DNA from: Neoechinorhynchus agilis
Taxonomy: Eukaryota; Animalia; Acanthocephala
Length of the DNA stretch: 64,000 bases
Direction: 5' to 3'
NCBI GenBank assembly: GCA_051530055.1
Contig: CM121342.1
Location: 3,905,489-3,969,488, forward strand
Shown here: piece by piece, positions 57,771-64,000 of the stretch
Position numbering within the stretch: the first letter of the stretch is position 1
How the letters are laid out: each line of letters begins with the position of its first letter
Notes under the pieces: model-generated
Told to the model about the DNA's origin: nothing
The model's database searches: none
What the model saw: the letters and a program-made list of their open reading frames with translations, nothing else
Position numbers and translations under genes: made by a program

Positions 57771-58025
57771 TCAAAATTCATTTTCTATATGCGAGGATGC
57801 GTATCCACTATCGGACGTCGAAGATCGATCGACTTCATGTATTCGATCGGGAAAAAGTCGAGCAGCCGATAAAATGATCAGTATGTTTCCAGTGATTGTA
57901 ACCAACAAAAATATTGATACTGCGATCAAAATGAATGAAGTATCAATTTCAGTATTTGTAATTTCGGTCGTTTCGTCCAAATCTAATGTTATATTCATGA
58001 AAGGCGAAGTTGAATTGACTTCCAT
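57771..58025 (-). CDS. 84-aa single-TM ORF resembling a rhodopsin-class GPCR N-terminus plus TM1 only
   Basis: MEVNSTSPFMNITL (two N-glycosylation sequons)...LIAVSIFLLVTITGNILIILS (GN motif), then a short polar tail and stop. Confidence 0.45.
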   Translation of the reverse strand: MEVNSTSPFMNITLDLDETTEITNTEIDTSFILIAVSIFLLVTITGNILIILSAARLFPDRIHEVDRSSTSDSGYASSHIENEF

Positions 58026-58960
58026 TTTCGTTGAAATCCGACGTCCTCGAAGGGGGACGCCCGAAATGTGCAAGCTATAAAAACTGTCGTTTTGAAAGAC
58101 GAATGTCAAAAGTACTTTTAAAATCTTATCCACGGGTTTTCCCACATCGTCAAACTGTCTTTTTTCCAATCACATTTTCCAGCCGAAATGTTGTATTTCA
58201 GCATTCATCAAAGGTAAAGTTTAAAAAACTTTCATTTTCGTAGAAATCTGAAGAAACGAAATTTATTCGCTGTTAAAATGTTCACGCTTTAAAAATGAAG
58301 AGCTTTAGACATTTTAAAAGACTGCTCAGAATTTGTAATCCACTGGTTTTCCCACATCGTCAAACTGTCTTTTTTCCAATCACATTTTCCAGGCGAAAAC
58401 TCAGCTTAATCCCGATTCTCACTCTCGATTTTTCACCACACTTTATACTCATGACCCTTTATTTAGGAAATTGTATGTTCGATATTCTTTAGATTCTCTT
58501 TTTTTATTGTTTGACCATTTCGCAACATCGTCATGTTACAAAATCAATAAATTACGATTTTAATGTAACTTTTGTATACCCAAGACGTTTTTGCATTTCT
58601 ATCGCAATTCAATCTCTAATGTCCTCCTCACTTTTGAATTGCGCGAAAGTTTCAAACACCCAAATCGAATTGGCGGATAACGAAGCTTCATTTGACTTCC
58701 TCTCGCCCTTCTCCTGTTTGCGAAAAGCTCAGCAATGGCACTTAATTTTTATTCCGATTGTCTTCTTGTACAAACGACAGGGCAACTCCCTCTTAAAATT
58801 AGAAGAATTGTGGCACCGAAATAGCGGATTTAATAAATTCCTTTATTTTGTTCGCCATAAACAAGCATTCCACTACTGACGATGATCCTTTGACAAAGGA
58901 TTTTTATATACATTTAAAAAAGTTAGATTTACTCTTTATATCGTTCGGCATCTTGGAAAA

Positions 58961-59657
58961 AAAATTGTAATTTACTTCATTTGTGCTTTATTTTAATCTG
59001 GGCGCACATTACAAAAGTTCAATGGGAACTTTGGAACATCTTTATTCTCCTCTTGCATCGAGGATTCCCTTTTCGAATCGCTAATTCTCTAATAAAAATA
59101 GTTGGCTGCACCCATCGTTGTTGTTGCGACCAACCATTTTTCAACGTTGGTTAAAAATTCTGCGGTTCTTGGTAAGATGGCAACCTTTTTTATCTCCATT
59201 AGAAATGTACTGTTAAGAAGTTGAAATATCAACAACATTTCTTTGAAATTTCTCTCACTTGAAAGGTCGTTTTTTTCAGCATTGTCGGCTTTCGTCTTTG
59301 TTCTTCTCCTTTCCGACCACCCAGCCATCGAGGTGACTTGGTGCCGGTCCCAAGCCCGGACAAATGGGGAGGGTTGGCGTCAGGAAAGGCATCCGGCCCT
59401 AAAACCTTGAACCAAAAACACATCAGCAAAGAAGTCGAAATATCACATAGTTAAAATTGTAATTTACTTCATTTGTGCTTTATTTTAATCTGGGCGCACA
59501 TTACAAAAGTTCAATGGGAACTTTGGAACATCTTTATTCTCCTCTTGCATCGAGGATTCCCTTTTCGAATCGCTAATTCTCTAATAAAAATAGTTGGCTG
59601 CACCCATCGTTGTTGTTGCGACCAACCATTTTTCAACGTTGGTTAAAAATTCTGCGG
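58961..59657. repeat. 205-bp direct duplication (58961-59165 and 59453-59657) flanking an RTE-5'UTR-like motif
   Basis: Essentially identical blocks; the spacer contains gccggtcccaagcccggacaaatgggagggttggcgtcaggaaaggcatccggccctaaaacc. Confidence 0.8.
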
Positions 59658-60129
59658 ATTTCGGTTTCTTTAAATCTGGTTTCCAGTAATGTTCCTATAG
59701 TATTAAATAAGGACGTTCCCTTGCCATTCACGAATGAGAGAATATATTCCCACTTTTTATCATATAAATAGAATTTTGTTTTAAAAACATGTATCAATTC
59801 GTTTCTAATCATAATTAAAGATATTCGTATTTTTTTTAGAATTTTGCAATAATGACTATTTCTGAAGCGCTGGATAAAATGAATGGAAAGTTCATTAATC
59901 AATGTTTGTGATCGGAATCAACATTTTAGTTCTACTTGAAATGCATAATTTGCTTCATTGGTTTACTTGAAGAACTCTTGAATAAATTGACTTGGATATT
60001 TTTTTTGAAGCTTGGTCAGCCGGAAACTTCGCGATAGCTGTCATAGTTCTTGAGTTATTCGTCTTTCAATTTTTAGACAAATGACCCTATGTGTGGCCTT
60101 TTTCATGGTGGATAATTTCATTGCTCAAC

Positions 60130-60191
60130 ACTCCGGATCCTCGGATACTTTCCGAGGAGGCGGGATTCATCAGTGAGTTTCCTCCTCCCTT
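60130..60191 (-). mobile_element. 3' fragment of the tRNA-SINE
   Basis: Reverse complement: gggaggaggaaactcactgatgaatcccgcctcctcggaaagtatccgaggatccggag. Confidence 0.75.
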
Positions 60192-60855
60192 AGATTAGAA
60201 ACGAACGAGATGAGATGGGCCGAAAGGTACACTCAAGGCTAAGAAAAGAGTTGTTCGGCACTTGCTGCTGTTCAGAGTGGATCGTCCAAAGAAGGTTGCG
60301 CTCTGGCACGATAAAGTTTCGAAGTGCGCCGAGGAAACGATGGTTGAATTGCATCAAACAGGTTAAATTGGTTGTCGAAGGAACCGCAACCTTTCTCGGG
60401 AGAGAGAAGTGATTTTATGCGCTTCCCTAAACCAGATCGGTGGGCAATGAAATTATCCGTCATGAAAAAGGCCGCACAATGATACTTAATAAAAAAAGAA
60501 TAAGAATTTACCTCTAAGCTTTTGTTTAACGCACCCATCCGCGAATAGTCAACCTCTTGTCTCTGAATAGTTCTGAGAAGACTTGTAAAAATCTCGTTCG
60601 CAAGCATTATTTATTCATTTTTCGTGTGGCGCGCGAATCGATCGTTTTTGCGAATGTTTTTGTAAATAATATCGACGAGTTGTTGTTGTTGTTATTGAAG
60701 ATGTTGTCTGTTAGAGAAATAATATTTTTGTCTTTTTGTTTGTTTTATGATTCGCTTAATCGTTTTTGGTGTGTTGTTTGATGGCTTTTGAACTAATATC
60801 TGTCTCTCCGCGTGCCTCCTCCACCACCACACCACCACCACCACCCACGAACCAA

Positions 60856-63800
60856 TTAGTCATGATTTGAATCGGCGACAGCAGGGACGCGAACCGGCGG
60901 TAGAGACGGCGTCTCGGCGGTAACACAATGAAGATCTCCTTCTTTTGGCGGAGCAACCGGCGATCTTGAACTATTGGTGAAAGTCATCCTTCGACTTCTT
61001 ACTCCTTCTCGATCGGGTAAGGCACAAAAGGTCACATGGCGCTGCCTGTGAGAGCCTCGATTTTGCTTATGTTGGCGATTTTGCCGCTGAGGCGAATGGA
61101 ATCCACTGCGAACGCCACCGACGTTCGTTGGTGGTGGTGCATTAAGGTTATGATGAACTGGTCGCTGTGACCTTCTCGGAGTCTCCGATGCACTTATAGC
61201 ACGCCTTCTTGGGCTACAAGTAGAAGCGTATGGATTATGTTGAGGAAATGAAGCGCCGTCAACTCTAAAGTCTTCAAGAGTCTTATACTTGTCCAGAACT
61301 GCATGAAGCCGTGGGTTAATTTCTGGTTCCAGACCTGAATACTTAAGAAATGCCCAGAACTTTTCGAGCCCATATAAATGATCGTCGTCGTAATCACGCA
61401 AAGTAAGCGTCTCAAAATCACGGTAGACATCATCTCGAAATTGGCGTTCAAGGCCGTAACTGTAGAAACGAAACAAACATTCCAATCCGTAACGGTAACC
61501 GTCCATACTGTCCTCTAACGCGGACCAATTGAGTTCTATGAAGATTCGCCCGTTTAGAACCCAACCAGCCCGCTGTATTGCTAGTCTTTTAAAATCTTCA
61601 TACATCTTTCGGTTAAATCGGTCTCTAAGAATAAAAGACCAAAATCTATATATATGGTGCATTTTCTCGGACTTAAACGGTCCTAAGGTTGTTCGCTCGG
61701 CTAAACAATCTTGTTTAAACTGGCTATAACTCTGGTATTCATATCCATTGTGAACCATGGGAGAATGGATCATCTGAGCACTTGTTATAAAACGATCAGA
61801 AGGAACTTCCATCATCGTAGAGATTGTCCTCATACGTTGACGGCGTCTAGGTGCATCACGGTAATAATAGTACTGACCTCCCGGTGTCCTGTGGCCATAC
61901 ATCCAACTTATAGGAATCTCGGACGCCGACTCACTTTGCAAACGCGTCGGCTCTTGCTTCGCTGGCAATACAGGAGGAGGCGGCGGCGGCGGCGTTGGTT
62001 GCTCGAGAGGTTCAGTCACCTCGCCCACCGCCACCGCCGCCTTTCTTATACTATTGAACTCGCCTTCACTCACTGTTCGAATCGTTCTATTGTCAGGTTC
62101 TGCAGGAACGTCGTAGGGATTCGCCATATAATGTTCTAGATCTTCACGAATCTCTTGACTCAACTGACTCTGAGTTCTTGCTCGACTTTGATAATCACCC
62201 GTTCGATCGTTACTAGCTGTCTGGTAGTGCTGACGGTTCCTTGTTGATGATGACCGAGGCATTACCACCAATAAGTTGACGAGATCATCGTCATTCAAAT
62301 CAGTCGGTGTATCGATGGTTTTACACTCTCTCTTTTTTCGTTCAACAAGAGCTTTTTCCTAAAAATATCCTTATAATAAAGAGTAAGCGACGAGTTCGTT
62401 GTTATTCGAAATTTTTTTGGGACCTCAGCAGTGCTCGTTTGAAACGTTAATGCATATCGATTTTGACTCTAATAAATACAATTTATCGTGACTTTTTTTC
62501 TTTTTCAAAATGTGAACTCCACTCCTCGCTCTTCATCTTGACTATGTGCCACTATTTAGAAGTACTAAATTACCCCACTGGGCCAAGCACAGCTCTCATC
62601 CTTTAGAAAAGTTATTTGTCTTAGTTTTTTATTTGTTCAAAACGATTGCTTATTAGAAAAAAATCGGATAAATTCTATGCGCGTATTTATAAAAGGGCCC
62701 CTACGTTCAAATTTCTTATTGATCAGATGCAAAGCCACCGCTATTACTCGTTTGTCTATTCTCGGCCTGATCTTCCTGCTGCTCCGTTTCTTGCTCTACC
62801 TCGTTGTAAACCTCGGTTGGTTGTTCGGGGGTTACCTGCAGCAGTAGCGATTCCTCGTACTCTCGGATCGAATCTGGATACTCTACAGCCATCGGTGGAT
62901 GCTTTATCTTGCGACCAACCTTGTATTCGTCATCGATATCAACAATATCACTCGCCTGAATCGCGTCTCGAATCTCCATTAGATTTGTACTCTCGCTCTT
63001 GATGCCATGGAAATTTGACAAAAGATACAAATGGATTCGACCATTCACGTCCAAATGTGACCGAAGATACCGATCTCGCGCAAGATTATAATCGCAAAAG
63101 TAAAACTCAACCAAAATACGAATCCGTTCAGCTGTAGTTTCTCCCTTTCGTCTCGGTGGTCGATATCTTAACACTTTGGGCCGTTCTTCAAGATTTCTAA
63201 AACAACGTATCATCGGCGGGAGATTCGGATTTCCTTCCATGGGGGGATAAGCGGTTGTCATCACGGTGCCAACGTTGGGGAGGCCGAAATCTTCTTCAAA
63301 CGGTTGATCTATTGGCTCGCTTAGCCAAATTGATTTACATTGGGGCCCAGGACCATAATAAGAATTGGAGTTGTATCCTCCTCCACTAGGGAATCCACCT
63401 AACATCGCTGCTGCTGAAATCAGCATTTCCTGTTGCTGCTGTGGATCTTGTTCATTTGGTTGTTGTTGTTGGGGTATTGCTTGTTGGGGTTGTTCTTGAC
63501 TTGTTAGTCGTTGGAACGGAGCTTGACTCTGTTGGAAAGTGATCGGAGGTGGCGGCACTTGTTGGGTCTGTGGATGTTGTTGTTGTTGTTGATGCATAGC
63601 TGCAGCCCATAGAAACGCTTGATGATTTGCTTGCATTGGTTGAGGAACGTACATAGCGGCGGCGGTAGGGAGAAATCCCGCTTGAGCAGCTTGGTGAGCA
63701 TTGAATAAAAATCCAGGATGTGGTGTAGTCGGGATGAATTGTTGTTGTGGTGGCGGCGGTGGCGGTGGCGGTGGAGGTTGTTGTGCCGCTGCTGCTGCTG

Positions 63801-64000
63801 CCGCTGCCGCTGCCGCCGCTGCTGCATATTGGATTGGTTGTATGAAAGGGATTCCGGCTCCTTGTTGTGGAGCCTGCGATGGAATTGTTAGGTTCGCAGT
63901 TGTTATTGGTTGTGGTGGTTGGGGTCGCTGCGAAGGATTAGAAGGTCGTGGATCGGGTCTTTGAATCGGTTGTGTGAAGCTATTGGCAGGTCTTGTAGGT
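60856..64000 (-). CDS. LARP1: La-related protein 1 (La motif plus DM15 repeats); 5' end lies beyond the window
   Basis: La motif VEFYFCDYNLARDRYL; DM15 IYRFWSFILRDRFNRKMYEDFKRLA...LEDSMDGYRYGLECLFRFYSYGLE...LYGLEKFWAFLKY; the frame is open from 64000 through poly-A/P/Q tracts; intron acceptor at 62359-62360. Confidence 0.93.

Noticed and set aside
61519-61578. Euglenid-type nonconventional intron signature (CAG at +4 to +6)
   Set aside because: The matching CTG near the 3' end is absent and the NVL insert lacks the motif; probably coincidence.
63504-63964. Poly-Gly/Ala and poly-Gln/His ORFs in alternative frames
   Set aside because: They are shadows of the LARP1 low-complexity N-terminal region.

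Overview
Eukaryotic, AT-rich window from a fast-evolving animal genome (species not identifiable from sequence alone). It uses the standard genetic code and has short GT-AG introns of about 44-61 nt. Host genes are almost all on the minus strand: cytosolic seryl-tRNA synthetase, a divergent class-I myosin, an ORP9-like oxysterol-binding protein, an AIG1/ADTRP-family hydrolase, a Tudor-domain protein, a multi-PLAT (LOXHD1-like) protein, the AAA ATPase NVL/Rix7 with a degenerate D1 domain, and LARP1 (5' end outside the window). A tetraspanin-like gene and several orphans are also present. Between them lie decayed hAT, L2/CR1-like, RTE, CRE and Penelope elements, foldback elements, and seven unrelated tandem arrays with 91-284 bp units. 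Two observations stand out. (1) The ~187-bp array at 9.45-11.35 kb is a tRNA-derived SINE carrying all three strands of a hammerhead ribozyme core, but in an order that is not a circular permutation of types I/II/III. It could therefore fold only as a pseudoknot or across tandem units/dimers; the amplified copies carry the inactivating G5A change. (2) LARP1 and NVL each carry an in-frame, intron-sized insert (60 and 51 nt) in the middle of a conserved motif. Neither insert has GT-AG ends, and each folds on the mRNA strand into an uninterrupted 19- or 16-bp stem whose only non-Watson-Crick pairs are G-U, suggesting a possible non-canonical hairpin intron class. All alignments, folds and family assignments were done by eye and need computational and experimental confirmation.
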